The notes: a model not told the origin generated them from the sequence alone. A DNA stretch of 63,141 bases, filler included, from Asterionella formosa (GCA_002256025.1; 25 parts of 25 records of this genome joined end to end with filler, not necessarily neighbours in it), one strand, 5' to 3'. Counted from the whole stretch's first letter, positions 26,061-39,742 are shown. Numbers and translations: made by a program.

Positions 26061-27901
26061 ATAACCATTTAATTATGTTCACCACGTACTTCTATACTTT
26101 TCGTTTATGTGTTTTTCTGAAGGTCATTCAACCAATTTAAAAAGTTCTATCAAATAATTTATTTGACTATTTCCACTATTTCACCAAACAACAGGAGAAA
26201 CAAATTTCGACATGCAATAAGGCTTTTTTCAGAATGGAATCTTCACTCTTGAACAGCCAGGCATTGTGGGAAAATGCACCACCCCCTCCCCCCCCTTCTT
26301 GTCCTCGAAGTGGGTTCTTCATTGACCTGCAAAATCTTAGATAGCAACAGTGTGTCAGTAATTCATTTAATATAGCTAGCTACAGCAGAAAAGCAGCACA
26401 CAAGCAGCCATGCACCATTCAATTTTTTCGCAGAGCAACACAGTACTACTATCAGCCAGTCAACATTATCACAACTGACTCCGCCTGCTTTCATATGAAC
26501 ACTCATGCTGTAGTACTCAAAAGCATGATGAGCGAAATGTTAAATGAATGTAGAGAACAATAGTAGGTCAATGTGATTTATTTCTCGCATTGCTGATATG
26601 ATAAAAAACAATGACAAATTATGATAAAATATGTGGAATCCAACGAGTCGAGAATCAAAGACATGCGACACTTATTGACAAAATTAGGAAAGAACAAGAC
26701 TAGCTACCTACTACTAGATAGACTATTAACATATAGCTCACAATATTACAAAGTGAAAAGTGAAAATACGATTTCAGCTTTAGAGATCTTAAAAGTAAGA
26801 TCAGTGATGCTTCCTCAACTAGTAGGCAATTTAACAAAATAAAAGCATCCATCTTTGCGGATCTCAATTTCTGCATCATTTCACCTTCTGTTGCAAAGTA
26901 CAATGTGTGAGTAGATGAAACAAATATTTTTTAAACAGGATTTGTGAGAAAATACCATCCTTGCACATAAGTGTTTTTATTTGCATAGCGGGTTGGTCCG
27001 GGGAAGGATGGCCTCCTGGTAATGGACCCAGGATTGAAAAGCTAATGTTCCAGTATTACCTACACCAGCCACCATTACCCAACATTGAGATAAATAGTAC
27101 CATCGACGACAAAGAGACCTTGATCAACAAGAAAAAGAACTTTGTAAAGGCACTTGAGGCTGTGGTCCCCAACTCCACCACATTTGCTACTATACACTGG
27201 CTGTTCCTAGCTAGTCCATTCAAAAAGTCTGTCAACTTGAGATTCGACTTGACCACCAAGAAATATGATTAAAATACTGATGATTCATTTTTGAATTAGC
27301 AGTTCAACCCAAGAAATCTGCCTGTAAGGAAAACAGGAGTGGCAATGTCACTGTGCGTGCTGGTTGCGGCTCATCGGTGGCATCCAGTCAAACCTGGTAT
27401 CAAACCTGTGCCTCCAAAAAAAACACCAGGGTGACGAATCCGAACGGCAAATACGCACGAAGATAGTTCTATTGCCTTATGATAGGAGGATGGTCCTCCT
27501 TTGGTTTATCTCAAGTCTGTTGAGAAATCTTCCAAACAAGCAAATCCAACCTGTTGTCCCACCTGTCGTAGCAAGTGAGGTTGTTGTTGCTCAAGAAGGG
27601 AAAGATGATAAAATGCCAAAAAAGGCATTCAGAAAGATCAATACTCTCTGACGAGAATGTTTCCGTCATCCCAGAAAATGTTCTTGTCCATGCTGTCCCT
27701 GATGGCTAGAATCTTTTAAATCCCCAATCTAAAACTGCGTCGTCATCTGAAACCTCGTCTTCTGCTGTCTCGTCCTCAACTAGTAGTTGTGAAAAATCTA
27801 CNNNNNNNNNNNNNNNNNNNNNNNNNNNNNNNNNNNNNNNNNNNNTTAATTAATTAANNNNNNNNNNNNNNNNNNNNNNNNNNNNNNNNNNNNNNNNNNN
27901 N

Positions 27902-28229
27902 AATATCCCATGTGTCGAGGACCCTGGCAGGGGGGACAGCCGCCACTGTGTCACCACAATATGTGATGAAATCAATGGCAGGTGTTGGCTGTCCCTCCCG
28001 CCGGCTTTGGCGAGTGGAGGCCCCCCCTCGGATGGGTAACACCCGAAAGGGAAGCCGCCACGGTCCCATCAGAATCTGCAACTCCGTCATCTTCATGTTG
28101 AAGTCCCCCATCATCACAATGGGATCTTCTGGAAACTCCTGATGTAGAGCGTCCAAGGCTCGGGGCAGGGCCCTGAGCACTCGGATGCGATCCGCTCTGC
28201 ATGGGACATAGATTGTTCCCACAAGAATA
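27902..28229 (-). pseudogene. APE/EEP endonuclease fragment of a non-LTR retrotransposon
   Basis: ILVGTIYVP...IVMMGDFN...AIDFI motifs; interrupted by a MITE. Confidence 0.8.
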
Positions 28230-28875
28230 CCGTATACTTCATTGTCCTGGACCCCCCTATGGTTGCTGGACCCCCCTGTACATTTTTTTGTGGTGGAACC
28301 AAACACCCAATAATTTTTTTGTCATAGACAAAGTAACGTGCTATAATGATTTTTGTCCTCGTAGGCACTAGTATGTAATAATTTAGCTACCATTTTGCGA
28401 TTCTTTTGTGCATACAAAACACAAGAGACGACAGGTAGTGGCTGTGAGCAGCTGGAGAATCCTTCATGATGTTGTCGCAACCTTGACCATGACGAAAATA
28501 CGAATTATCTCCACGAAAATAGAGAACGACGCTTTGCTACTTGCTACATGTATTGAAAATGACATGGAAAATACAATCGTAAAAGAAGTAAAGTAATAAC
28601 ACTAATAATGACAACGAAAATTGAGATCGCCGATAACAACATGAAGTCGCGTTTTTCTTGCGAGGTGAAGAACTCTCTCATTTTTCACAAGACGGAAATA
28701 ATTGTCATATTAATCGATCTTAGAAAAATGTGCGCTATCCTGTAGAACTAAAGAAATTTACTTAGGTCCATTATAAGGGAAATCTCTTCATTGTCCTGGG
28801 CCCCCCTTAAGTAAAAACAGTCAAATTCAGTCACGGCAGTGTACATTGGGGGGTCCAGGACAATGAAGTCTACGG
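28230..28875. mobile_element. Tc1/mariner-type MITE, 646 bp, CCG...CGG ends, TA target duplication
   Basis: TA|CCGTATACTTCATTGTCCTGGACCCCCC ... GGGGGGTCCAGGACAATGAAGTCTACGG|TA. Confidence 0.9.
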
Positions 28876-30456
28876 TAAGCCTTAGCCTGTTCACTTTCAT
28901 AGTATGCATTTATCGTACATTTAACAAAATATGTATCATGCACAGAAAATTTCTGTGCCAGTTATCATATGATACCCCTGATCTTATAAGTACGATATAT
29001 ATTTTATTTGCAGACGCGTGAAATCAGCGGGTCGCCAATTTACTGGCTCAAACAGGCATGTATCAACGATCATAAGGAATTTTCCACGTGTATCAACGAT
29101 CATAAGGAATTTTCCACGTAGCGAGGAAGTACGGAGTTTCCCGTACCTCCCTCGTACCTGGTACCAGGTAACGATACAAGGCATAATACATGTACACAAT
29201 ATCATACCGGTAAAATAAAATTAACTTCGGGTATACTCCTATCTACTGTATTTATACCATGTACACAATGTTCAGTTACCAGTATATTGTTTGATTACCG
29301 GTATATACCGTACCCGGTCTCCATCTTCGGACAAATATTCGCAATACCGGTACTCCATCCAATCTTCTGGTAGGGTTTTGATACTAAACAGTATCTGTTT
29401 CGTGGATATAGCTTTGGTGGAGGCCTGTTAGTTAAAGAAGCAACGATTGTGGAGGAAAAGGTAAGCCCATTGTGACTGACATGGTGTCAGAGCTATCACA
29501 ATCCTCGCCGCCTTCATTGTTGATTGTCAACTGTCATTGCTGGAATTTCTTCTAATGATATGCATGTCTTCTTTCATAAACCTCCAAAAGTAGGCACCAG
29601 TTCGCGATTTAGCGCAACATGAAGACAAACAGAAGGCATGAAGAGGAAATAATCTTGGCAACGGAGTTTTGGGTGTTTATCGTTGATCCATTATCATGAT
29701 GTTCAGAGACAGACTGGAGCGGCGATTTGGGATTGCTGTATGGGAAGGAGGCTGTTAGGTGCAGGTGGATACACTTGAAAGTAAATTTGCCTGCTGTCCC
29801 ATGAGGTGTCCAGCCAGCCATATTCAACAATCTTCCGATGTCACCATTCTAATTATTAGGATGACAAACTATTCACTCTTCATGTTCGTAGAAATTGAAT
29901 TAACAAAAATAGACTTTAGTGTTAATCAGCAATGCATCTAGTAGTACTGCTCCTGGATTCACAACAGTACATCTAAGACGCGAAATACGCCACTTTTCGA
30001 AATTTCGTCTACGTATGAGTGTTAATTATGTGGTACTTCACATGCATTAATGCCACTCTTCACGTAAAAAAGATTACTTTTAACTGTTTCATGTGAAGTT
30101 TTAACTGTTTCATGTGAAGTTTTCACAATGAATTTTGAACGCGAGACTGAATTAGTTGATGTTTCAAATAATTCATTTGACTTTTCGAAATTTCGTTTAC
30201 GTACGAGTGTTAATTATGTGGTACTTCACATGCATTAATGCCACTCTTCACGTAAAAAGGTTACTTTTAACGGTTTCATGTGAAGTTTTAACGGTTTCAT
30301 GTGAAGTTTTAACTGTTTCATGTGAAGTTTTNNNNNNNNNNNNNNNNNNNNNNNNNNNNNNNNNNNNNNNNNNNNTTAATTAATTAANNNNNNNNNNNNN
30401 NNNNNNNNNNNNNNNNNNNNNNNNNNNNNNNCACAAGCAACTTCTATCAGGCAAGG

Positions 30457-31821
30457 ATGCCAAAGACAACATCGAAGAAACGAAAACAAGGTGACGTGTG
30501 GTCGAGCGGCGATCATGAGGTTCGCAAAATGGAAGCCTCCCGGAAGTCTACCAGGAAAGGCAACGATGAGACCATGACAAAACGAGAACGGCGGGCTCAC
30601 TTACTATCCCACGACACGAAGAGTCGACGAGAAGAGCAAAAAGTAACTTTGCACCTCACCAAAGTCACGAGAGAGTTGAATGATATGCGAGGTCGATTAG
30701 AAATGTGGGATCAAGAAAGTGAAGATCGCAAACACAAGGAGCTGCAAAAGAAGCAGCAAGAAGAACTGGCAAAACTAGAGGAACCGAAGAAACGGCGCAT
30801 GAGATCAGGTCCAGAAACATGGAAGCTCACCGGCGCAGCTCGCCCGGCATGGATGGTTTATGATTTTGATGTCCGTTACGTCGATCCATATGCCAAGGCT
30901 CATCTAGATTTTGCAGACTCAGTCAAGCGACAACGCAATTTACTCATCCTGTACAAAAATCGGTTCGGGACCAGCGACGCACCACCCATTACGAGAACGT
31001 TTCTTTCCTTGTTGATGCAACAAGCCATGTTATCGCTGCAGGCAAAAAAAATCAAAACGGCAAGGGCGGCTTTGTTGGAGTGCATGGCATTGGAGTCTGC
31101 TACAGCTCCTATTACGACAGCCCGCTGTCATTTAATTCGACTCTATCTCGAACACAACCGACCTGATTCGGCCAGACGACTCATTGAACAGTATGGTCAT
31201 GACAATAGTTGCTGGATTCGCTATTCAGCTGCACTAATTGAGTACGTAAGTTGGAAGTTACTAGGAGAAAAAGGCTCCACAAAAGACACAGCCGAAACAA
31301 CCTTGACTCAAGCAATGAACGCCAATCCGTATTGTGCCTTGTATTTGGCTTTTTTCTCAACTTTTGAAAACATTATGGAATATACCGACGAAGTGGATGA
31401 AGCAGCCGATAATGGATTGGAGGAAGCAATTGAATATTGCAATCACGAGCAGGGAGCGAGAGCTTGGATGGAAACGGATGGCGCAGTAGAGTTTTTGAAA
31501 AGAATGGTGCAGAAAGCGCTCCAAGCCAAGACTATGGATTGGTCATCCAAGCTTCAAGCACAGGAAGGCTTGCACGGAGAACAACAACGCGACGGCCATC
31601 ACGAGAAACCCTCAGAACAGGAAGAAGATGATGAAGTCGACTTCCTTATGTACGCCGGGATGTTTCGAACCGCCATGGACATGCTTGAAGAAAATGGGGA
31701 ACTTACTAAGCAAAACACTATTGATGACGAAAGTGACGAGATGGATGAACGGGAAGAGAATGAACCCAAAGGAAACAATGAAAACGACGACAATACGGAT
31801 GCAGGATCTGACTCGGACTGA
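30457..31821 (+). CDS. Hypothetical 454-aa protein with a basic coiled-coil N-terminus, TPR-like helical core and acidic tail
   Basis: Long intact ORF with normal CpG content, convergent with UTP11. Confidence 0.85.
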   Translation: MPKTTSKKRKQGDVWSSGDHEVRKMEASRKSTRKGNDETMTKRERRAHLLSHDTKSRREEQKVTLHLTKVTRELNDMRGRLEMWDQESEDRKHKELQKKQQEELAKLEEPKKRRMRSGPETWKLTGAARPAWMVYDFDVRYVDPYAKAHLDFADSVKRQRNLLILYKNRFGTSDAPPITRTFLSLLMQQAMLSLQAKKIKTARAALLECMALESATAPITTARCHLIRLYLEHNRPDSARRLIEQYGHDNSCWIRYSAALIEYVSWKLLGEKGSTKDTAETTLTQAMNANPYCALYLAFFSTFENIMEYTDEVDEAADNGLEEAIEYCNHEQGARAWMETDGAVEFLKRMVQKALQAKTMDWSSKLQAQEGLHGEQQRDGHHEKPSEQEEDDEVDFLMYAGMFRTAMDMLEENGELTKQNTIDDESDEMDEREENEPKGNNENDDNTDAGSDSD

Positions 31822-31918
31822 GCAGTATTCCTTATGGGTCGAATTTATATTTGTTCGAAAAGATGAATAAGATTGTAGAAATAGAGAAGATGAGAGAGTA
31901 ACTTTTTGCTAGACCTTC

Positions 31919-32716
31919 TTAGTTGGCCCGCTTTCGTCGCCATTTGTACTGAGCTGGTTGTCCATTTTCAGCCGCCTTCAGTTTTCGTTTGCGGCCCTTA
32001 CCAGCCAACATTTTCTCCGTAACAAGATGTGCTTCCGTCTTGGTCATGACAGCGACACGCTGGGATCGTGCTTCCAACTCCCCGTATTGAGCCTTCCGCA
32101 CACGTGCCAATGCTCGAGCTTGTCGGCGAGCACGTTTTGTTTTTTCAGCTAGATCTCCTTCCTTTAGATCAAATTCTTCCAGCTCCTTTTCAATATCTTC
32201 TCTTCGCCTTCTATTAAAGGATCGACCTGCCACCTCAGGGATCGTATCAAAGTGTTGAGCAACATCAAAGTCCTTTGCTTGCTCCTCAGAATCAAGAAAA
32301 ATGGTGTGCTTCCGGTTGGAATCGCTATCCAAATAATGCAGGGCTGCCTGAAGTCGCTCGCACTTCTTGATGTCCATTTGTTTCTGCATTCGCACATAGC
32401 TGAGGTCTTGATCCTTCATTATTCTCACAGCTTCGGCTCCAATCTGATCTTCTAGTTCCTTGTTTCTCACTTCCATAGTCTTTTGATGTTTGCCATTCGT
32501 AACTTGAGCATTCTTCATCCCAAAATAGAATTCATCAGGATTCCTCATGGCGGCCTTTGTCTTCAGCTGAGTAATCTTGTCTTGCTTCCGATGATAGTCC
32601 ACTGCGCGCTTCTTGTAGTCCTTCTTCTTTTCGAGAAGGCCCAAGTGTTGGCGAGCTTGCGGTTGGGAACGCTCCTTGTGCGTTACGCGCTTGACGGCGT
32701 TGCGTAGTGAAGACAT
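31919..32716 (-). CDS. UTP11: U3 snoRNA-associated protein 11
   Basis: [19 protein letters not shown]...[10 protein letters not shown]...[10 protein letters not shown]...YKWRRKRA. Confidence 0.96.
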   Translation of the reverse strand: MSSLRNAVKRVTHKERSQPQARQHLGLLEKKKDYKKRAVDYHRKQDKITQLKTKAAMRNPDEFYFGMKNAQVTNGKHQKTMEVRNKELEDQIGAEAVRIMKDQDLSYVRMQKQMDIKKCERLQAALHYLDSDSNRKHTIFLDSEEQAKDFDVAQHFDTIPEVAGRSFNRRRREDIEKELEEFDLKEGDLAEKTKRARRQARALARVRKAQYGELEARSQRVAVMTKTEAHLVTEKMLAGKGRKRKLKAAENGQPAQYKWRRKRAN

Positions 32717-34232
32717 GGTGTTTGTATGATTTGCTACCGAATGAATGCAACAAGATAGTGATATCGACAATTGAAAGAGATTGATGGTGCGGAATGATAA
32801 TTCAGAGTGGCACCTACTTATTGTAAATGAAATATGTACGGTCGTATATACTTATTTATTNNNNNNNNNNNNNNNNNNNNNNNNNNNNNNNNNNNNNNNN
32901 NNNNTTAATTAATTAANNNNNNNNNNNNNNNNNNNNNNNNNNNNNNNNNNNNNNNNNNNNTGGTACCTGGTACTGGTACCTGTTACCAGGGCCAGGTACC
33001 CTGGTAGCGGATTATGACATTTGAGTACGGTAGTACTGTACCCTGCAAGTTGCGGTAAATATACTGATGGTCAGTTACATATGAAATATTTAGCCACAGC
33101 CATAGTGGATTCTTTCTCAATGAATATGCTCGCCTGCTCGAAACTTAACCATGGCAGAACTGGCAGGCTCATCAACGACTTGATTTTCTATGATCGGGTT
33201 TATCAGGCTCCAATTGGTTCAGTTCAATCAAAATACATAAATATTTCGTTGCCTAAAATGAATTATGATGCTATTTTTGTATATGTTTGATGCTAATTAT
33301 ATGTGTCTGACAAGTAGTTGCTGATGTCTGAAAACTATTAGTTTGTGTCTGACAAAAGATTGTCTGATAAGCGCTCCAGTACTGCTGAAGGCAAGAATAC
33401 ACGCCCAAGGTGGTCTCATGCCTGCGATTATACACCAAGAAGGGTATTGTTGAGGCAATTCACAAACTAGCTATTGTCACGCCATTCGCTTACCTAGCTA
33501 CTGCCCACTCATTGAGTGTATATGTCAATTTCAGCTTCCTATAGCCCATCATATAACATATATTTCATATATTTCCTATCTTCACATCAAAATTTGCAAT
33601 GGGTCCGATATTGCCCATCATTAAATATATTTTGTTTACTTCCTATGATCGCATTTTGGTAATACAATTTGCGCCAATTGCCCCTTGGTTTTCACATATT
33701 CATTGATTTTATGTAGTACCTTATGCCCAATTTCGTCCTCACAAATTATACTTCTCACTCTATCCTGCCTGCCATTGCTTAAATCAGGCTAACAACAGGG
33801 ACCTTTCGACTTTTGTTTGAAAACATCTTCTGCTGCTTGTTATGCTAGTTAGAGCGGATCAGTGAGTAAAACAGTGGAACACTGAATGTGGAATGTAGAT
33901 ACTATTTGTCGAATTTCCGATTTGGTTGCTTCCATGGTCCATTTTGATCGGTTCCATTGTTGTTTGTTGTTCTGCAATGTCGTTTTTGCTTGCTCTATTG
34001 TATCTTATACAAGGGCCGATGTATGTATCAATGCCTACTCTTTGAAGAAGTATTGTTCTTCTTTTTTGTTGATTTGTATAGTCATTGACCATGGTGTCAA
34101 TATTCCAGCCAAGCAATGATGCTTTTCTTGTACTAATGCGCTTTGCTACTACCTTTCTACTATGAGGTTTACCTATAAATGTTCCACTAGAGAGAGTCGA
34201 TAGTGGAGCAGCCTGGCGATCATGATTGCTCA

Positions 34233-34262
34233 GAATAGAATGGAATGGAATGGAATGGAATA
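34233..34262 (+). repeat. (GGAAT)n microsatellite
   Basis: GAATAGAATGGAATGGAATGGAATGGAAT. Confidence 0.8.
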
Positions 34263-34865
34263 AAATGATCAGGGTTGTTTGGTGGGAGCAGGAATGACTG
34301 TGGGCCGAAGTTCTCCTGCTTGAACTTGTGTCAGGCTACTACAGCTATGTGCATGGTTGTAGCAACCAGAGCATCTACGCTATGTGACGATGCAGATCTC
34401 AATTGGGTTCAGCTTTTTCTTCTTTTCTTCATCCAAAAACTGTATCAGTGATACACCCATGATACACTGGTGATCAGACCAAAAAAACTATTGGTGATAC
34501 ACACAAAAAACCAAACCGCCAATTTTGCATCGTATTTCGGAGATGATACACCAATGACGACCAATGACAGAATGATAAGAACGGCCCTATAAGGCACTTA
34601 ATTAACAAATGAGGTTATTATTTATATGTCTATTTCCATTTTGACATTCCTCAGACTACATCTAGTCTTCGGACACCTGTCGACATCAACAGCCTAACAG
34701 ACACATTCTGACAGTGATGGGGGGAGGAACAAATTACCGGTATTTGGGAAAGGAGTATTTTTCGTAAATAAACAACATTTACCTCTACCGGTACACCGAG
34801 TAATTGAATTACTCGTTTTATCAGATTTTTGGCAGACAATCGCTATAACCCCGCTCATCGTTGTC

Positions 34866-35389
34866 ATGATCACTACCACGCTTCATTCTATATCGCTCGC
34901 TGATCCTCTGGTGGCGAGGAGTGAGCTCAAGCAAGAAGCAGCAAGCCAAATCGCTGACCAATCAACGAAATCCGGCATTCAACTAAAGCCAGGACGCCTT
35001 TATGATCGCGAAATCGAACAAGAGCAATTGTTGCGTGCGTTTCAACGCATTTCAAGACCGAACTGCCAGAATCGAGAGTTAGTCCTAATAACTGGCTGCA
35101 GTGGCACTGGGAAGACACAGCTCGCACAAGGTCTGAAAGAAAAAGTCGTCGCATCTGGAGGTTTGTTTCTACAAGGAAAATGGGATCAATTTCAAACGCC
35201 TGAACCGTACGCTCCCATCGTGTCAGCATTCACAGAATATGCAAATTTAATTGTTAAGCAAGGGGAAGATAGCGTAGCAGAAATGAAGAAGATTATCGAA
35301 AAGGAAACCGAATCAGACTACCACTTGCTCACTGATATGATTCCGGCATTAAAGCAGATATTGACGGTGGAAACTGCTGGTACAGGGAT
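34866..35389 (+). CDS. AAA_16/STAND-type ATPase (family related to the ATPase module of hybrid Ser/Thr-His kinases), 5' partial
   Basis: LYDRExE...ELVLITGCSGTGKT (Walker A)...GGLFLQGKWDQFQTPEPYAPIVSAF. Confidence 0.85.
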
Positions 35390-35489
35390 NNNNNNNNNNN
35401 NNNNNNNNNNNNNNNNNNNNNNNNNNNNNNNNNTTAATTAATTAANNNNNNNNNNNNNNNNNNNNNNNNNNNNNNNNNNNNNNNNNNNN

Positions 35490-37918
35490 CGTACGAGTCA
35501 AGGAATTTGGCAAATGTGATTGCCTTGTCAGGTCAGTGGACAAAATGCACGATTAACGAGAATGAGAACCCCGACATTTGGTTTGTGGAGTTGGATAGAA
35601 TTCGAGAACGATTGAGCCGTACAAGCTCCGCAATTTCGGATGGTGCCTATGTGGCCCATGTTATCAACAACCTACCGGAAGTCTACAAGAGTTTGGTGGT
35701 TGGAAAATTTGGTCTCGCGAGCTCCGAGTTCACGATCCAAGAGGTCAAGAAGAATGTACGCGACTATTACGATTTTTATGTGCGTGACGAAACCAAGACG
35801 AATAAGAATGGCGAGCAGGCCTTCTTTTCAAAAAGCAAGTTTAAGGGAGACTGCAGGAAGTGTGGCAAGTATGGCCACAAGGCAGTTGATTGCCGAAGCA
35901 AGGGCAATACTACAGAAAAGAGAGAATTAACTCCCGAGCAACGAAATAAGAGAAAGAATGTGAAGTGTTATAATTGCCAGAAGATGGGGCACTATGCCAG
36001 TGATTGCAACAATCAACAAAATGCACCAATCAAACAGAAGGGAGAAGACGCCAACACCACTACGCAAGGAATGTTCGTGGTGACGTGTAATGAGGAAAGG
36101 TACAACGAAGAGGTAAATCATACGTGCGTGCATAAGGACCGTTGGATACTAGATAGTGGTGCTACGGTACATGTATGCAATGATGAGCGCATCATGGAGG
36201 ACAAGCGCGCAGTGCGTGAAACTGTTCTTGTGGGAAACGGCGCAGCAATTGTTGCGACCGTATCAGGCACAGTGACCCTTACGATGACAGACAAAGGAAA
36301 AGTGTTGAAGCTCACCAATGTGCTCTATGCACTGGAGTTCAAGCAGAACATTATCAGCATTTCGAGAATTATTGACAAGGGAAATAAAGTTATGTTCGAC
36401 GATGATAAGATGACGATCAGAAACAACAACGGATTTTTGATCTGCAAACGTGATGAGACGAGGACAATTGGTGCAATGTACCATGTGCAAGGAACGCCTA
36501 TTCTAAAAGAAACGGTGTTGGAGGTTGAACAAGAAAGCGAGAAGCCAACACAACAATCTATCGACTATGATACTAAAGAAGACGAGAATGAATGGATGAA
36601 AGTCGACGAAAAGAAGAAAACGACGAAAGCGATAAGTGAAACGATCGAGAAAAGAAACGCGAACGAAAATAATGATGTGATTGTGGAAATAAATGAAGCG
36701 CATGAAATGCTTGGACATGTGGGGGAAAAATGTCTTCGTGAGACATCGAAATTATTTGGGTGGAAACTTGTGGGAAATATAAAGGTGTGCGAAGGATGCG
36801 CAGCAGCCAAGGCGAAAGCACGCGCAGTACCCAAGATGACGCAAGAGAAGGCTACAACACCAGGAGAAAGACTGTTTATTGATATTAGCGGACCCTACGC
36901 AAAATCCGCTGTGGGAAATCAGTATTGGGTGATGGCCGTGGACGATGGACTAGAGAAAATGTTCAAACCAGTCATCAACCAACAGGATACGGAGATATCA
37001 GTACAAGAAGATAATGAAGAGTTACATGACGATTTTTATGACGAGTTCGAACCTCAAGAAGTGTCCGATAATGAAGATGAAGATGACGACAAGCAAGAAT
37101 TGGGGAGGAAAACTGAACAATCAACTAAGATAGATGGTACTACGAAATACGAGGTTACAGGTACCAATACCCCAATTGTGAAGGCTAAACGTGCGGAAAG
37201 CGCTCAGTCTAAGCAAGCGAAGTTGGCACGTGAAATGCGAAGATTGGACTCATCGTTCAATCCTACAAGTACGAAAATTGTGAAAATTTCAGGAGATACT
37301 GAGATGCCTGGTGTTATCGAGGAGGATAACGTGAAGGAAATTACGAAGAATACACAGGTGAATTTTTTGTACAACGCAAGTCTGGCCTCTGATCCAGGAT
37401 TACCAACAAGCTACAATGAAGCAATGGCAAGACCAGACAAGAAAGAGTGGATCAAGGCGATCAACAAAGAATATGAAAACTTCCAGTCGAGAGGAGTGTG
37501 GAAAGTTGTCAAACGTGATACTGTTAAGAAGCGAACACTAAAAACGAGATGGGTGTTTCGAATTAAAGAAGATGTGTTAGCCGGGAAGACCATTTACAAG
37601 GCAAGATTGGTCGTGAAGGGATATGAGCAAATCCCAGGTGTCGATTTTACTGAGACATTTGCTCCAGTTGCAAGCGATGCGACAATCAAAACGGTACTCG
37701 CAGTGACGATGTACAACGGTTGGCGAGCGGAGGCTATTGATGTGGAAGCAGCATTTCTAAATGCTGACGTCGATGAGGACATTTATATTGAGCCCCCTCA
37801 AGGTTTGATCGGAGTCGATTCCGATACACATGTTTGCAAGCTTGTGAAGGCTATGTACGGGATAGTACAAGCTCCACGATGCTGGTCCAGGACGTTTGCG
37901 AAATGTGTCACCAATAAA
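35490..37918 (+). mobile_element. Copia gag-pol polyprotein, open frame, integrase core deleted
   Basis: Two CCHC knuckles, protease WILDSGAT, HxxLGH..CxxC, RLFIDISGP, RT YKARLVVKG and DVEAAFLN. Confidence 0.95.
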
Positions 37919-38449
37919 NNNNNNNNNNNNNNNNNNNNNNNNNNNNNNNNNNNNNNNNNNNNTTAATTAATTAANNNNNNNNNNNNNNNNNNNNNNNNNN
38001 NNNNNNNNNNNNNNNNNNTGCATGCTTGTGGCGTCAAAAAAACGAAATGCATGCTACAAAACAAAACATCATTTTATCATGCATTCTCAATAAAGTGACA
38101 AGATCACCAAGAAAGTGAATGCCCAATAGATGTGCATTTGAGAAAGTCATGCATTTCTTTACAATGGAATTGACCGCAATCATGAAATAGCAGGTAGATA
38201 AAACAAGCGAATATTACTAGGAAGGGCAGAATGTTAATGGAAAACTCAAAGTTCAATACTCAAATGTGAGAAAAATCATAAGCAACCATTTGGAAAATTC
38301 ACAGAGAAAACCACAAGAAATACAGTGACAGTGAGAGTGAGAATCTGGATACTCAGGCAAACACAAAAGCAAACAAAACCAGTCAATTTTTGGGTTGACA
38401 TGATAAGTAAGAATGCCTCCGAAAAATGGCGCAATGAACAAGCTATCTA

Positions 38450-39190
38450 GTTAACTTCATTTATTAAGCACCTTAAGACTACTCAAGCGTGAGTAGGGTA
38501 GCCCGCATGGCGCTTCCTGGCATTGAGGCGCTGCAAGGCGGGGAAAGGGTGGATACACTCTCTTGAATGAGAGTAGGGAAAATTATGTGTGCTGTAAATG
38601 CCATATTCTGGCACTGCTGGTGAGTTAATATGTCCAAGAAGGCAGATGGCTTGGTTTGATCTTTTAATGAGGCTTTTATTTGCCTCCCATGTGTTTGCCT
38701 TGCCTTTTGTGGTATTTATGGCAGACTCTGATAATATTGTGCAGCTTTAGTATCTGTTTGGATCAAAATGAATTGTGGTGCCATGATCATCATGATTTTT
38801 CTTGAATGAGTAATGCATCTTATTCCAGCCATTTTGTCAAGCTCCTTGAGTTTCTTGTTGTTTCTGTTGATTCTTTCATGTGTTTGCAGCTCATTGCGTA
38901 CGCTGTAGTTATTGTGTAGCTCAAAGCGCCAGTGGAGCACCGCTTCCGATGCCAGTACATCGACAAATGCGCACTTCAATTGAATGATGCATGTTTATGC
39001 ACTCCATTCATTTTCTTCAAGCTCCTTGAGTTTCTCGTTGTTTCTCTTGATTCTTTCATGTGTTTGTAGCTCATTGCATACAGTGTAGAGATTTTGTAGC
39101 AGAGAGGTCTGATTTGATTGCGTGGCTGTAAATATACATCGCCCTCCATGGTGAGAGGGGGTGCTTACCAGTGCTAGTAGGATTGCCATG
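38450..39190 (-). mobile_element. Probable 3' end of an Ambal-like non-LTR retrotransposon (decayed ORF end, structured 3' UTR, AATAAA)
   Basis: GC-rich hairpin block 38480-38580 followed on the minus strand by GAGTAGTC...AATAAA; internal duplication 38840-38900 / 39015-39080. Confidence 0.4.
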
Positions 39191-39647
39191 ATAGTACTAG
39201 CTTAGTTTCTTTTGTTTACATTTGGATGCTTTGAAAAAATTGTGTGCAATGAACAAGCTACCATCATCTTTAACATTAAAAACTAACACATGAAGGATTA
39301 TCAGCCAATATATTGCTTCCATCCCCCTTTCATGGGCTAACAATGAGTGCAATGATGATGATGAATCTCAAAATATACCAGTATTACTAGCTAGTTACCA
39401 TGTATAAACGATAGTTACAACAAGCAACAGCATTAAGGTATTCCCTAGTTTGGATCATCACAATATCTCTACAGCAGGGTTGTGGAATTTGTATGGAACA
39501 AGGAATTTCTCGGTGTTGTTGATTTTTATGAATCACCATTCTGATTAAATACCATAGCTAGCTATGCATTAGTGGTATACCTGTTATTTATTATACACAT
39601 TTCACCGGTTTTTAGTTACCAGTGACCAGCAGTGTACCGCCATTGTA

Positions 39648-39742
39648 CAGCAAGTTGCGGTCATTTTGCTTAAACTAACATTTTGATCTGGGATAAAGAT
39701 AGCTAAATCTTTAGTTTCAGCAAAATTACCGCAACTTGCAGG
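39648..39742 (+). mobile_element. MITE of about 95 bp, GCAAGTTGCGGT TIR family
   Basis: CAGCAAGTTGCGGTCATTTTGCTTAAACTAA ... TTAGTTTCAGCAAAATTACCGCAACTTGCAGG; homologue at 43676-43775; related end at 33041. Confidence 0.85.

Noticed and set aside
34233..34262. (GGAAT)n as a telomere
   Set aside because: Short, internal and not a TTAGGG-type unit; an ordinary microsatellite.
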